Positions 39,261-53,384 of a stretch of 64,000 bases of DNA are shown one piece after another. The stretch covers positions 159,030,001-159,094,000 of the forward strand of contig NC_042997.1 of assembly GCF_006345805.1 (NCBI RefSeq). Direction: 5' to 3'. The position numbers were made by a program, and so were the translations under genes. This stretch comes from Octopus sinensis (Eukaryota). How positions within the stretch are numbered: the first letter of the stretch is position 1; the number at the start of each line of letters is the position of its first letter. The notes under the pieces are model-generated. The model did no database searches, was not told the origin of the DNA, and saw only the letters and a list, made by a program, of their open reading frames with translations.

Positions 39261-40482
39261 CCAGAACAATGTCGACGTATACTTACGTGTGTATAGTATT
39301 ATTTCCGATTATTTCTTCTAATAATTTGCTTATTTATTTTCGTTTCATTTGCCAGCTTTCCTGCTTATTTTTGCCAACAGTTCGTCATCGAGTAAACACC
39401 GATGTGTACAAGTTTGTCACGTTCTTCTCTATATCGTTCAGAATATTTCTTATTTTGTCTCCAGAAGACTTTGCTGTTTTAATCAAAGATGAAAAAATAT
39501 AGCTGCAATAGACTAGTAAACATTTGGAATTTCTGAATTCCTATTGTCTGTATATGTCTTTATTGGAGTCTCTGTATGTTCGTAAATGTGTGAATGAATA
39601 AATGTTCTTCGTCTGTGCGTATGTATGATTGTGTTTGTGTGTCATTGTGTTCTACTTTGTAATATTTTTCCCGAATAAATCGTAGTTATATTTTGTATCT
39701 TTGAGAATAAAAGGTGCCCCTGATTCTTCAGAATATGAACAGAGCTTGCCCAACGAAGGAGTAGAATAGAGTCACCGTAATATAACTTCAATGACAATTT
39801 GTGATATTGTTAATTTGGTTGGAAAATGCTTCACTATGCAATTCTTGAAAGTTATAAGGATACTTGTATGTTAGCAACTACTCTTTTATTGTATTGACGA
39901 AATTTGACTATGTCTTGTGGTTTGTATGGCTTAGAAAAGGAAGAACATTTCCAGTTACGTTGCGTCCGAAACTTGTTGGAAGAAGCGGAGTTATTTTCAG
40001 ACTGGAAGCTTGGATCGAATGTAATTGAGTGACACCAATAATGGTACCTAGCATCGGGTGATGGGTCTTAAATATACATACATGAATACACACACATATG
40101 CAAAAAAGCAACCATAGCCATCACACGCAAGCGAGTAAATGATAGAATCTCTTATTCTTTCGCTCTTTGTTTTTTATTGCATATGTAACCGCGAGCAGAT
40201 ACAAACACCTTGTTGGCTCTCACAACCTTGATCCAGTGGAATATTCAGGACGCAACAGCTGCCGCCAGTACTACTAGACTGGCCGTCATATCAGTGGGGT
40301 AGACATGAGCAACGTGAACTGACCCCTTGCTCTATGACGCAACTCACCATCTGACCGAGGAATCGATCGCACGACTCTTGAGCGTAATTCCAACACCCTA
40401 ACCACCAGTCTGTGAGGGGAGTGCGCGCGTGCGTATGTGCGTGCGTGTGTGCGTGCGTTCTGCGTGCATGCGTGTATACATA

Positions 40483-41600
40483 TAAGGTGCGATGTGTATT
40501 TGAAGATACTTAATTATCAGGATATTATTCTCGTCATACTAACGAAAAAGATTTTATTTCTTCCGGTTCCCCTACAGCAGACAAAATGGCAACACAAGAA
40601 ATGAAAAGAAATACATTGGTTGTATATTCGGAACACAGCAATTTAGAAATTACCAGCTTTCTAAATGTTGTAAGATTTTTTTTTCAACAAGTTTGAGTGG
40701 AATCCGAAGCCTTTAGAGCTAATCTTGGAACTGTATTAAAACTTTATGACTATAAAGACTCCACATTTCATTCAACGGGCTCAAAACATTACCTATGATT
40801 ATATAGGAGAATCAATGAGAGGCATCACCAAAGAGCTTCATGTGTGGGAGTGAACTATCAGACTGGGGTGCACATGGTATTCGATACAAGCCTTATGTAC
40901 TGAGGAGAGGTTAATTCATTTCTGCAAAGACACAAGTAAACTATTTGATCCGTGCCAAGTTATAAAATAACAAGGTTTAAAATATTCATACTATGATTCT
41001 TCTCTAATGAGCAAAACTTCGACTAACACCAAAACTTTATTAGGAGAAATGACAGAAGCTTATGTGTAGATCCTTGTCATATCCCCCAGACGGATGCGAA
41101 CTAAATTTCCAGCAACCCTGATGGTTTTAGGAGTGGTGAGAAATGGAGGGCATGTCATGCCACCTTACATTTCCCACGAGATCTTAGAATTAATGCTGCT
41201 TAATGCGCTGAAGTACTGGTGATGGCTGCTAAACCCTAGATAGATGAAGTACACAGTGGAAGATCGTACATATTTCAACAAGATTCAGCACCTTCACACA
41301 AACTTCACATAACCCAAGAATGGATGTGACACAATCTTTACGATCATGTGACTCTAAACTCGTGGCCTCCAAACGCGTAAGATTTAATCCCATGGACTAC
41401 TGTTTGGAGCATGGTTGAAAGGGATACTAATCAACATCCTCACAATAATATAGCTTCACTGAAGGGCACTATTATCCAGGTGATGTTCGAAACGAATAAG
41501 GACCATTTAGTGCAAATTCTGTATTTAAGCAATCATCGAACAGGAGAACTTGTGCACAAATCATCATTAAATTACATTTGGTTTTTGCTACATTAGAAGT
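40483..41600 (+). mobile_element. Degenerate Tc1/mariner transposase of maT (DD37D)-like type
   Basis: MATQEMKR.., MRTKFPATLMVLGVV..GHVMPP, FQQDSAPSHK, WPPN..DL-PMDY and VERDTNQHPHN, with frameshifts. Confidence 0.8.
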
Positions 41601-41601
41601 C

Positions 41602-41873
41602 ATTTGCAGCATGAAAGATGTTTATAAGCCATTTAAGAAACACACAAAAACCGTTAGATTCACTTCAATATTTAAATTTAATTTGTCAAAATATTTTCGT
41701 TGCTTTGAGACCGAGACCTGTTTACTGACAAAATTCGTGTAGCATGGAAATTTGTTAGGTCGCGGTTTCAAAGCGACGAAAATATTTTGACAAATTAAAT
41801 TTAAATGTTGAAGTGAATCTAACGGTTTTTGTGTGTTTTTAAATGGCTTATAAACACCTCCCACGCAGCAATT
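41602..41873. mobile_element. MITE-like foldback element with ~95-110-bp inverted repeats
   Basis: 41619-41714 pairs with ~41761-41856 (gtttataagccatttaa.aaacacacaaaaaccgttagattcacttcaa...), with weaker pairing beyond. Confidence 0.85.
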
Positions 41874-42029
41874 GTTTTTGTTTCAGCACACGATCTCAGA
41901 TTAAATCACTTGCTATGAAAGTATATCTTTGTAATACATCAAAAATGTTTTATTAAATTAACAAATATATCCTCAAATACGTCTCGTACATTGTATATTA
42001 TATATATACATATATATACATACATATAT

Positions 42030-42155
<126 letters not shown>

Positions 42156-42689
42156 CCTGCAGCCGTCTCTGCTATTTTTACAACTGTTCTTTGTAATTCT
42201 ATTCATATTGTTATTGTTATTTTGGGTTTGGTTTTTCAGAGTATATAAACAACGATAAGCTTCCTTCTCGCATATCATATCTGAATGCAAAATTCGGTGA
42301 ACGACCGATGAGGTGTCATTTACTCAGATCATTTCACCATGCATTATAACACTTGGCAAAAGCAATTATTTATGTGTAATGTGGTTTACAGAAATGCGAT
42401 ACTAAAACAATTGTAAACTGAAACGATATTGAACTTATAATATACTGATATTTTCATTTTCTTCTTTTCCTCATATATATATATATATATATATAGGTTA
42501 TAAGAGGTAATGGTGTCAATGAGACCCAAGGTGTCAGGTACATCTATTTTCATTTCTCCATCTCACTCTCTATTTCATATCTTATCTAAATTTACTATTG
42601 CTTAACCATCTTCTCACACCATCTCCGATGAAGAGATATAAATATCCTATATATATATATATATATATATATGCATTGAAAGGGAAACG

Positions 42690-43070
42690 CCAAACGTCTT
42701 GATAACAAACAGTAGCGCATCATTCAATCTACTGTTCGTATTTTTACCACTAAATACTGCCGGTGGAAAATTTCTCCTAAGAGATGAAAAACCTCTGTAT
42801 ATTTCTATCATCGAAGGGGCTTCATCAGATGCACAGGTAAGAATATTACTGAATGGGATATTATGTTCAAAAAGGAAAGACTTAAGAGTGAGAAAAATAG
42901 TTGCACCATTTGAATCAAGTGGCAATTTCTCTGTGAACAGCATTTCCTCACAATTTTGAAAGTCTTCGCTGAAGTACCGAGCATATACCGTCATATACCT
43001 GTATGGTATTCCCAGAGAGAAGAAGAAGTCAATAGAGCAGAGTCAGATGACACGTCTTTACTGGAGCAAA
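42690..43070 (-). mobile_element. hAT (Buster/Charlie-type) transposase fragment; possible matching terminus near 43720-43755
   Basis: YARYF..EEMLF..L..DSNGATIF..LKSFL.EHNIPFSNILTCASDEAPSM...YRGF matches Buster-type motif C(A)TDGAPAM.G..RGF. Confidence 0.75.
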
Positions 43071-43761
43071 TACGGATCTAGTTCGTTTGGTTGCCAGCAT
43101 TTCAAAAATTAAAGTCTATCGAAAATTTTAAAATTTGGCACATTAATGTACCTTTCCAAGCTAAATTGCTGGAGTTATTCAACTTTTTCCAGAAAAATGT
43201 TTTTAAAATGTTATAGAGGTTTAAAGTTTGATCATTTTCACCCAGTCAAGAAACACGATTTCAAAGCTGTCATCCTGAAAATAGCACTTGTGTTTTGATA
43301 TGACCCCTCATATAACCCCTCATAATTTTTTTATTTTTTGGAGTTTACAGAAAATTTTTACGAATTTGAATTCTATACGTTGGAATTCATACGATTATGC
43401 CAAAAACTAAAATAAAATTGTGGTGGAGTGTGATTTAAGGCTTAGGCCTATTTGGCTGCTATTTTTAGCACACATGACAACCATCTCAATGACTGCGACA
43501 AAATTATTCGATCGATAAGCAAGTGCGCTTTTTTAATACAAAACGACGTCTCATGCGAATAGTCAAATCGATAAAAGTGCATCCTTATTCTAGGCATGCC
43601 TAGATATCAGTAAATGCAGACTTACTTTCTAAAAATTGATTGTCACCCACAAAATGTTCATATCGCTCACCAAAATCTCAAATCGCCCACCATATTCTAC
43701 AAATTCGCCAACAGCCCTCTGGTGGGCGATATCGCCCACTTTGGAAAGCTTTGATCTATAT

Positions 43762-43855
43762 GGTTGATTGTTTATGGACATGTGTGTGTGCACGTGTGCG
43801 CGCATGCGTGTACGTACATATGTAGGTTTGTACCACTCCCATGAACAAGAGAGAC

Positions 43856-43922
<67 letters not shown>

Positions 43923-43949
43923 CACATACGTATATACACACACATATAT

Positions 43950-43998
<49 letters not shown>

Positions 43999-44272
43999 CA
44001 CATACGTATATACACACATATATATATATATGTATGTATATACGTATGTGTCTATCTATCTATCTATCTATCTCTCTTGTTCATGGGAGTAGTACAAACC
44101 TACATATGTACGTACACACATGCGCGCACACGTGCACACACACATGTCCATAAACAATCAACAATCAACCTTCTTCCCTTCTTTCCTGTGCGTCCAATAA
44201 TACTTTATTTGTTCCACGTCCTCGCGTTGTTGTGTTTTTTGTTTTTTTTTGTGTTTTCTTGTTTGGATTAAC
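43762..44272. repeat. Inverted duplication of local sequence (43762-~43935 vs 44039-44170) followed by a family-H-like terminus (44171-44272) and (TA)n
   Basis: The non-microsatellite parts of the arms differ at about 3 positions; the terminus contains ttcctgtgcgtccaataatac, similar to family H ttcc.gagcgt....taatac. Confidence 0.85.
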
Positions 44273-44410
44273 TATATATATATATACACATACATGCACA
44301 CAATTATATATACGTATATATATATATATACTTATATATAACTGCGTGCATGTATATGTCTATGCGTGTACGTGTGTGTGCATATATATACATATATATG
44401 TGTGTGTGTG

Positions 44411-44441
<31 letters not shown>

Positions 44442-44454
44442 TGTGTATTTATTC

Positions 44455-44810
44455 CATCGTGTTTCTTTCTGTCGAAGAGCGTAGGTTCGGAACGTAAAAG
44501 ACTTTCTCACCTTCCCGAGCATCAAACTAATATATCTGCTTGTTGTTTATACACCTATCTTCGCCTACTGTTTTTCTGTAAAATTCAACTATATATATAT
44601 ATATAGGGGGGAGAATTCACGAAAAAACAAAAGACGAAGACAGGTGGTGTAAAAAAACAAACAGATGTATTAGTATAACGCTCGGGAATTGAAAAAGTCT
44701 TTAACGTTTTGAGCCTACGCTCTCCCACAGAAAGGAACACAGAAAGAAACAAGGAAAGAAACAAAGAGAGAAAAAAATGTGCGTAGTGGCTACCGATCTA
44801 TCATGGCATT
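44455..44810. mobile_element. Tail-to-tail pair of family H repeats around a short (TA)n
   Basis: 44455-44590 (+) and 44606-44810 (-), from different subvariants. Confidence 0.75.
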
Positions 44811-44813
44811 ATA

Positions 44814-44882
<69 letters not shown>

Positions 44883-46099
44883 CCCACCCCCAGCAGTGGA
44901 AATCTTTTGTGTAGTAAGCTTTATGCTTGTTTTCCAACAATATAACCAAGAATTGTGAAAGCACTTATTTGTGTGCTTTGAAAATGGAAAACCCAGAAGT
45001 AAAATTAGACATAATGTCTATAATCAGTAAATAGTATAGCCATTTGTGCAACAGAAGCGATTTTAGTTTTAATGAATGTCCATTATTGTGCTTTGGAAAT
45101 TTAATAACTGAGCACCATCTTGATTTTAGATTAAGATCTAGAGGCAATAGTGAAGTCTTATTTGGAGTGTGTTTCAGACTTTGGATTTGTTTTTAATGGA
45201 TTACATCAATGCGCAGAAATACTTGAATTTGAATCATCTTTTGATATTCTTATTGCAAATTTATTCCTGAAAGAAAATAAATTATTAGTATTAAAAAATC
45301 ATTACAATAAATACATCAGTATTATTGTTGTCTTTTGTACAATAAATAATTGAATTTATATAAATAAATATTGTTAAATTGAAATAATGTTTATTGTTTT
45401 ATATATTTTTGGCTCTTAATTGACTGTACGATCACGACAGAAAGAAAGAAAAATTTAATCATTACAGTAATAATTATAAATTATAATATCCATGTCATTA
45501 TTGTCTTTTGTCTCCCAGAGGATAAATTAAAATACTATAGTTTTTTTTTCTTTCTTTTAAAAGTGCTCGTGCTACTTTGGTGCAATCTTTAAAAAATTAA
45601 GTATACGTGTTAGCTTTGTAATTGGCCTGCATATTAAATGATGAGTAATATACACGCACACTATGAAGTTCATAATCATTACTTGGAAATAAAATTACAA
45701 TTTAGCTTTCAGAAAGGACAATTATACATTATTCCTGTAGTCATCGTGTGGTTTGAAGTGTATTAACTACATACATATAACAGTATATGACCAATTATCT
45801 TAATTCTTATTAAACTCAATACAAATATAAAAACGTAAAATTCTGTTTCTTTTTAATCACTTGCAGCATAATTCCTAAATTATAAATTTGTTTAATGTAA
45901 ATATTAACACATTTTCAATAAAAATCTTTAAATATTAGTTAGGATGATGCTGCATACTTTTTTTTCGAGGGTAGTTTGTCTACGCTGTGGGTGATGGATT
46001 TATTAAGTGTTGCCGTAACTTTGTAATGATTGTCATTTTGCATGTGCTATATGTGTTATAGAGATATAAGTAATTCCTTATTTAGGTCTTCAGCGCATA

Positions 46100-48500
46100 G
46101 TGTTTTTAGTAACTGAATGTTAGTGCTAATCAGTCTCTGGTGAGTTAGAATCGAGCCGAGCTGCGGTAAAAAACATTGAAGCCTGTGATTATCCTGATTC
46201 TTGTTTTTTTTATCGGGATATCTTTATCCAGTGCATCCTTTTTCTAAAACTATAGAAGGTTATTTTGAGGCTCATTCAGCTGCTATATCTGATAGGTTAA
46301 ATGGATGCGTCCACGTTCCCTCATCGACTAATGCTATTCTGTTTAAAATATTAGTTATTTGTGTTTGATATTGTTTGATGCTGCTAGTAAAAAAAGAAAG
46401 GGTGGCAACTAGCGGGTGATGCAGATTTAATTGCTGTGTAGCGATATCTGAAATATTAAGATGGTGTGAGCGAGATGTCATTTGTTATGAAGTGGTCTGT
46501 ATTTTTTTTTTTTTTTTTTGTGCAGGCATGGGAAGGTCGATTAGATTTGAATCAAAGTAAATTAGTGTGAATAAGGATCGTTGTGGTCATCATTTCAAAA
46601 GTTACAGATTTGAGATTTTCGTTATTGTGCATAGACTTGACTACCGGGAGAATGGTTCATTTTGCATATTATGAATGTGATTAGTATTTTATGTATAAAT
46701 AGAGAGAAGGGAGTGAAATCTAAGGTGTTGATTATGTTGGTAATTAGTTTGCTACGTGTAAGCTTTTACATTCTCATTGAAGCTGCCATATATTCTTTGT
46801 CTGAAGTGTGTAATAGTATAAACGCAAGCAATGGTGTGTGATTAAGGGAGCACAAGTCCGTCGGAACTAATCACACGATGGTTTAGAAAGGTGTTTAAAA
46901 AATGTCACCTGCTTGGGATGTAATGATTCAAGAAAGAACTATATCTAAAGGTCAGTGTAGATTTTAACAATGAGAAATTCTATGCAACTAATTATGTCAG
47001 GGTTTTAAGTTGTCGGTGGTTAAAGATATTACACATCAGGTCAGAGATGCTACAGCATTATTTTATTATTTATTAGGGTATGTGACAGTTTTGTAAATTC
47101 TAAAAAGTCTTCAAAATTTTATGCTAGATAGAAATTTCTATCGAGTGTCTATTAAACGGCATTGGCAGTATTGGCCAAAAGTTTTCAAGGCTTTCACTTG
47201 TACGAATGTTATATGGTCTTTCGTTTTCTGAATACACGTTTACCCTTTAAAACGATTCTTTTATTTGAGGCTGATATGTTTATTCATGAATCTTCAAATC
47301 CTATGTGTAACTGGGAAGTGATGCGTTTTTTTTCTCTGTGTCATTTTCGTAATGCATGAGTATGTATAAATATGTAGTGGGCTTTCGACAGATTAAAGAT
47401 GATATCAGTGTTTACTATGGAGGAATTGTATAGTATATTAGTAAACTAGGCAGTCTGAATATAGACTTTTGTATGATGCAACATATATTTTTAATTAGTG
47501 AAAATTATCCTGCAAGATCATTAATTTCTTCAGAATGTTTACATATATTGTAACAACGAGGACGTTAAAGAAATTTTAAATCCAACTACATTTACTATAG
47601 TTCACATTATTACTGTATGTAAAATTTTGTGTATTTGGGAATCTGTAATGTCCGGAAATTTTCAAGAAAAATTGAGGATATTCATGTATAGTATTTACTT
47701 ATAGAAGTGCAGAAATCTTTATACCTAATTCTGCATTACGAAAATGACGAATCTAATTATTTGGACTATATCTACTTATAGAAAATTAATATTGTGATTT
47801 TTTGGGAGAGATTTAAACTATTCTACTACAGATGAAATATAAAACCACACTAAAAGTGATATCACTTTAAGTTTTGGTAAAATATTATCCTATGAGTGTT
47901 TAGTTATTTTTATTATGTTAAAGTATGAAAGGGATCGATTATATGAGAAATGTGAAGAACAATCAATATTTTATTCTTGTTTATTAATCTTCTTTAGATA
48001 TTCCAATTTAGCTAATTTAACTTTTCTACATAGAAGATATGACAATAAAGCTTGCATGGTAAAGATTTTTTCCTTTTGCCTAATACTAGTATGTAGATAT
48101 AGTTTGAATATTAGATATTGCGTATTTTGGTGTTGAATTTGTCTAGAAGTTATAATTTAAGATTTTTGATTAATGAAAATCGATCTTCTTCAAAAGATAG
48201 TAATTGCTTATTATCCGGTAGGCAACTCATTCGATTTGAATCTACATTTAAATTTATCATCTGCATTTTCTCCTTGGTTGTCGAAGAAAAATGCGCAACA
48301 CTTTCATCGTTTTATGTAATAGACGGGTTTCTGAATTAGAAAGTCAAAGTAAAAATCCTTGGAAGGAAATAACCTTCTTGTTCCACCATTTTTATCATTG
48401 GGATTAATAATGGACCGTACAGAGGCAAAGATGGACAGAAATTAAAGAGAAAATATTAAGATATTCGACACTGCATGAGAAGAGCCTTTTAGATATTAAT
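46100..48500 (-). mobile_element. Ancient I-group/Nimb-like LINE remnant (RT plus RNase H)
   Basis: In order on the minus strand: KWWNKK (~48380), KISLTSSL (~47570), IFNLSKAH (~47390), SNKRIVLKG (~47250), IYGS (~46790), then ISD...HPLV...NLSDIAAE (track ORF 46272-46481, RNase-H-like). Very degenerate. Confidence 0.4.
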
Positions 48501-49599
48501 TTTTTATGTAAGTTGGCAACATTATGCATTTATTTCATCTTTCTGTGAATTTTTCGAACTCATTGACAAAACAGCTTGCTGGATTGTTATATGTTGTGAA
48601 AAAATAAGACAGGGAAGAAAAGAAAAAAGAGAAAAAATGGCGAAAGAATACAAGTTTATAAACAGGGTCAGCAAATTTTGAAATTGCTTTTCAATTTAAT
48701 TCCATGTTTCGATAACGTATTATAAGGGTCAGAAGTGGATTTAGATTTAAAGAACGAGAGAAAATCTTTGAGAAGCGTTAGATTCTGTATGTAGGTCAGC
48801 TAATAACTTGAATATAAAGAGCTAGTTTTAAGCTTAAAGAGGAGAAATAACATCTTTTTTAAAGTTACGGATATGAATGTTATTTCTGTAAGTTAATGTT
48901 TTGAGTGATAAAAACAGAAATTTATTGAGGGTTAACAGAGTGAGTGTGTTTTGGTGTTAGACAATTTAGCTTAAATAAATTGCAAAAATGTGAAAGAATA
49001 CAATATTATGCTTAGCTGATAAAACTATTGAATTCGAGAAGTTCTCTGTTGACTAATTGAAATGAAATCTGATTAGTAGAAATAAGAGAAAAATCATGTT
49101 AATCATTGAACAAAAGCTAAACTGGGTTTGTAGTTATCTTAATAAGATTAGAATGGCTAATCATGTTATGTATTGTGATGGGATCGATTAGATTTAACAC
49201 ATGTAGGTATACATTAAATTAAAAATATTAAAACGTGATTTATTAATGGGAAGGCCAAGATAATCTTTGAATTAGTAAAAAATGAAATATAAATGGGTTG
49301 AAAAATGAAGGAAAAACAAAAAATGTTTTGAAAAGTAAAGAGGAAGGTCATAACTGTCCCTTCTTCTTTTCTATAAATAACTACAGACATCCCCTCCATT
49401 AAAGAATTCTTGAGATTTTTCTCGTAATATCTGTCTTGTCATTCATTGATTCTATGTTTAAATTGAAAAACATTCCAACAGAATTTTTTCGAAAACATAT
49501 TTAAGAAAAGACAATGCAACCACTTTTAGGAATAAGAATATTAATATTAAACATTTGTATAACATTATGTATATACATTACAATCATTTGAAAAGAAAT

Positions 49600-50790
49600 A
49601 TAAGAAATGAATAAGAAATCAGAAATATCGTAATGCAATAGATACTCAGCGCTAATGTTGTTGACCCTTGTATAACAGGTGGTGGTGCAATAGGAGTTAC
49701 TGAGAGGTAAAAGATCTCTATCTTCTGCGCTTTAGATCATAATCTGCAATGTTATTTGATTTTCACATCACACCTTTTCTCTGTACAGCTCAGTGCAAGA
49801 ATCAGCTCATTATGACTTCATCATTTTATATTACATTCACTATTAGAATCGTTATCAACAAAGACTTGTTAACTTCTTTCTGTAAAAGCTAACCCTCAAC
49901 CCATATTCTTAGCAAGCAGTCAACTGAAATCGCCTGGGTTGGACTTCTACACTCACTTCTGGTTCTATTGCTTGCGTTTATCCTAACACCATCAGCTCCT
50001 CTTTAGACAAATTTTCTTTATGCCACACTAATAACTCGAAACATTAATAACACTAATAATTCTTTTAAACCCTACATCATTTATCTGTAGATTTAAAGTA
50101 AAAAATTTTATATCAGTGGAAAACCTACAAAGTCGTGAATACAATTAATTTGGGCAAATAACCTTTGACCTTGGGGATATATTTTACTCTCAAATTATAA
50201 GATCATATAAACTTTCTAACTGACTGGGTGCATTGCTCAAACTGCTCAATGTTTTGTTAGAAATATTTCACCTAACACTGTAACTTTCTCCAACAAGGCA
50301 AGACAATATTGCTAACCAGTCTTGGAAAAGACTTTTAGTCATCCAAGTTATTTGAGTGCTAAATAACAACCCTTGGAAATGCATGTATTTTGGAACAGAT
50401 GTAGGTGCTTTGATTTCGTATCAGTACCAGCATTTTCTTCTATAAGAAAAACTACACGATTTTTGTAGCATTAAAGGCTGATGTTGATTTTTCTTCATGA
50501 GAATTACAAGTCGTAGCATTGTACACTTGTACTTCTGTAAAGCCTCGTCCAATAACTATTTCCTTCAGTTTCTAGGATAGATAATAGCATCCACTTGAAA
50601 AACATCATATTGATATGTTACTGAAACCAGTCTTTACAATCAAAAGCAAAATATGAAGCAGAAGTTACTTCTTTCACTCCCTGCAAATCATCATACAAAA
50701 CTTTCAGCTTACTCTTCAGCGTTCACACTTGCATTGCACTTTTTTGTCCATTGATGTGAGCAATTAGTATGATAATAGAGCACTCATGAT
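49600..50790 (-). mobile_element. Tigger/pogo transposase remnant
   Basis: KVLYDDL..DWFQ, GFTEVQVYNA (50515-50545), EKSTSAFNATK, TWMTKSLFQDWL (50312-50361; cf. AWMTxxIFxDWL), LSNAPS (cf. LDNAPxH). The lower boundary is approximate. Confidence 0.7.
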
Positions 50791-50860
50791 TCATCTCCTA
50801 ATATAATAATGAGGGTAATGTTTTTATATATATCTGTGTGTATATTTGTATATATATATA

Positions 50861-50922
<62 letters not shown>

Positions 50923-51425
50923 CATGGAACGATGATTTCCCCTCACAAATACTAATCAGCCACAGACGGTGTATCGTTAGCCAGCTGGAGGAAATGTTCT
51001 CCTGGGGCTAAAAACAACAGTAGCATCGTCTCCTATGGGACCGCCACATCTAATTGGCAATTATATTTTACGATTCCATACTGCTACTGTTTACTTCTCG
51101 CTCAGAGATTTAATATCGCCTATATATATATCCACAATTACAGGGTAGGAGTAGGATGTAGAAGGAAAAAGGAGTAGTGTTAGTGAAGTGAGAGGAGAGA
51201 AAATAGTTATTCGGTGACGGAGAAGTAGTGAGAGTAATAACCCTCACTGAGAGAAAGAGAAAGTAATAGCAATGAGAGAAAGAAAGTGGCAAAGAGTGCG
51301 TCGTGTATATTCTATTTTTCTCCGTCACAACATATGAATGAGAAAGGAAAGGGTGATAGATGATTAAAGAAGAAAGGGTTGAAAAAATCAGCGTTTCAAC
51401 TCTGTGTGAGTGTGTGTGTGTTTGC

Positions 51426-51458
<33 letters not shown>

Positions 51459-52004
51459 TGTGTGTGCAATGGAAATGGGATGGCGAACGTTCAACGCTGA
51501 AAAAAATCAAACAGCATTTCAACTCTGCTTGAGTATATGAGTGTATGTGAATGCATGTACAAGGGGAATATGTGAATGTATCTGTGATTATCTTGTACGT
51601 TATTTTATACTTTATTTACATATATAAAATACTGCAATTAGTCGTCATTTCTGACAGCACAGGGTTAGCTAGTTCTATTACAAGCCTCTCTTCAGATATA
51701 CATAAAAGCAATGTCCGGGCACTCAGCCGAATATGTGCTTGAGTACTTGACCTTATACTTATCATCATAAGTTGGTATAACCGTAAACAATGTAAGCTTT
51801 ATTTTTATTTTACTTTATTTGCAATATGGCCGTTTTTTCGCCGTATCGTGCCTTAGTAAACCTTCAGACTTATTGACCAATGCAACTCCCATAAGACTCT
51901 CTTTCGTTCGACTACCTTCACGTATACGTACCGTTTTCTTTCCTGTCATTTTGAATAAGGGTGATGTACTACACCTTTTGCTTTAGTTGATAAATCTAAT
52001 ATTC

Positions 52005-52216
52005 TTTTCTACTCAAGACACAAGGCCCGAAATTTTGTGGGAGAGGACCAGTCGATTAGATCGACCTAGTACGCAACTGGTAATTAATTTTTCGACCCCG
52101 AAAGGATGAAAGACGAAGTCGACCTCGGCGGAACTTGAACTCAGAATGTAAAAAGAGACGAAATACCGCTAAGCATTTCGCCCGGCGTACTAATGTTTCT
52201 GCCAGCTCGCCGCCTT
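52005..52216 (-). mobile_element. SINE family A
   Basis: Reverse complement of the head, core and short tail. Confidence 0.9.
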
Positions 52217-52764
52217 GATAAATCTAATATTAACGGTGAAATCTAGTTCGAACAAAAACAGTTCAGTCTGATGAATGCAGTGGTGTTTAGCGTGGCAAAA
52301 ATGTATTTGTCGTATTACTTCTGAGATAAGAATGAAAATGAGAAAATGAAAGGGATAGGAATATGAAGTGAAAAAAAGTCCTACTGTCAGCTGAAACTGT
52401 GTTTATACAAATATGATTAATGGTGCCAGGAAGGGAGTGGCTACATGCTGAGATCAATGAAAAACAATGACAATGAACTGGTCCACGCACATACAAGATC
52501 AGGTGGAAACGGGATCGCAAATGTGCTGGTAAAAGTAATACGGTCATAAAATCGTTGAAAATCACTCGAATTTCTGTAAGAGGTTCGTGGATCGAAATTA
52601 GTGGTCATACTTTACATATTCTGTAATCCGAGTTTATAAAGATATATTATGTATTCAGATTCGGCTGTGTAAATTTTGGAAGTGTTGGTTGGATATCTGT
52701 TGCATGATGTCGCTCAATCGTGTGCGTATTTAACCCTAGCACTTACAAATTTTATAATGGAAAT

Positions 52765-52825
52765 GTTACACTGATGACGGGAAGTAAGTAAATTAAATAC
52801 TTTAATCTCGAAACGCGTCTGTGGC
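52765..52825 (+). ncRNA. Minimal type-I hammerhead ribozyme with canonical core (PLE-type)
   Basis: GTTACA-CTGATGA-c-stem II (52779-52809: G..AAGTA/TACTT..C)-GAAA-CGCG-TC-TGTGGC; GUC triplet, predicted cut after 52819. Confidence 0.75.
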
Positions 52826-53134
52826 TAATCGAAGTCGTGTTGATTCATTATTTTTCTCTTTGCCTACGTAAAAAAGTGTGTTACTGTCTGGCAGATTCTT
52901 ACGATAGTAGAAAAGGAATTTTTAACTCCTATTTCTCAATTCGGTATGAGGTGAAGCAATTAGCTGACCCCTATTTATAATTATGTTTATAATTATAGAA
53001 TATTTTTATAATTTTACCTATAAAGTTTATTTTAACGTACTGATCTACTCGGTAAAATTATTAAGTAATTCATTAATTAATTCATTAATTTGATTAATTA
53101 ATTTTACCCTTTTATTATTAATTTTAAATTTTAA

Positions 53135-53185
<51 letters not shown>

Positions 53186-53186
53186 T

Positions 53187-53305
53187 GAGAAAGTTGGTGT
53201 GTGAAAGCACGTGGTTGAATATATACGTAAACAAACGGTTATCAAGCGGTGGTGGAGGTGATAAACAACGACACACACACACACACACTCACACACACAC
53301 ACACA

Positions 53306-53384
<79 letters not shown>

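Noticed and set aside
39287-39502. Minus-strand segment bounded by ttgcag| and |gtaagt
   Set aside because: Stops in all three frames; no recognisable protein.
39700-40111. Protein-looking short ORFs on both strands
   Set aside because: No known motif and no consistent splice structure; cannot pick a strand or frame.
52287-52600. Candidate exon EGSGYMLRSMKNNDNELVHAHTRSGGNGIANVL
   Set aside because: Weak splice signals and no recognisable family.
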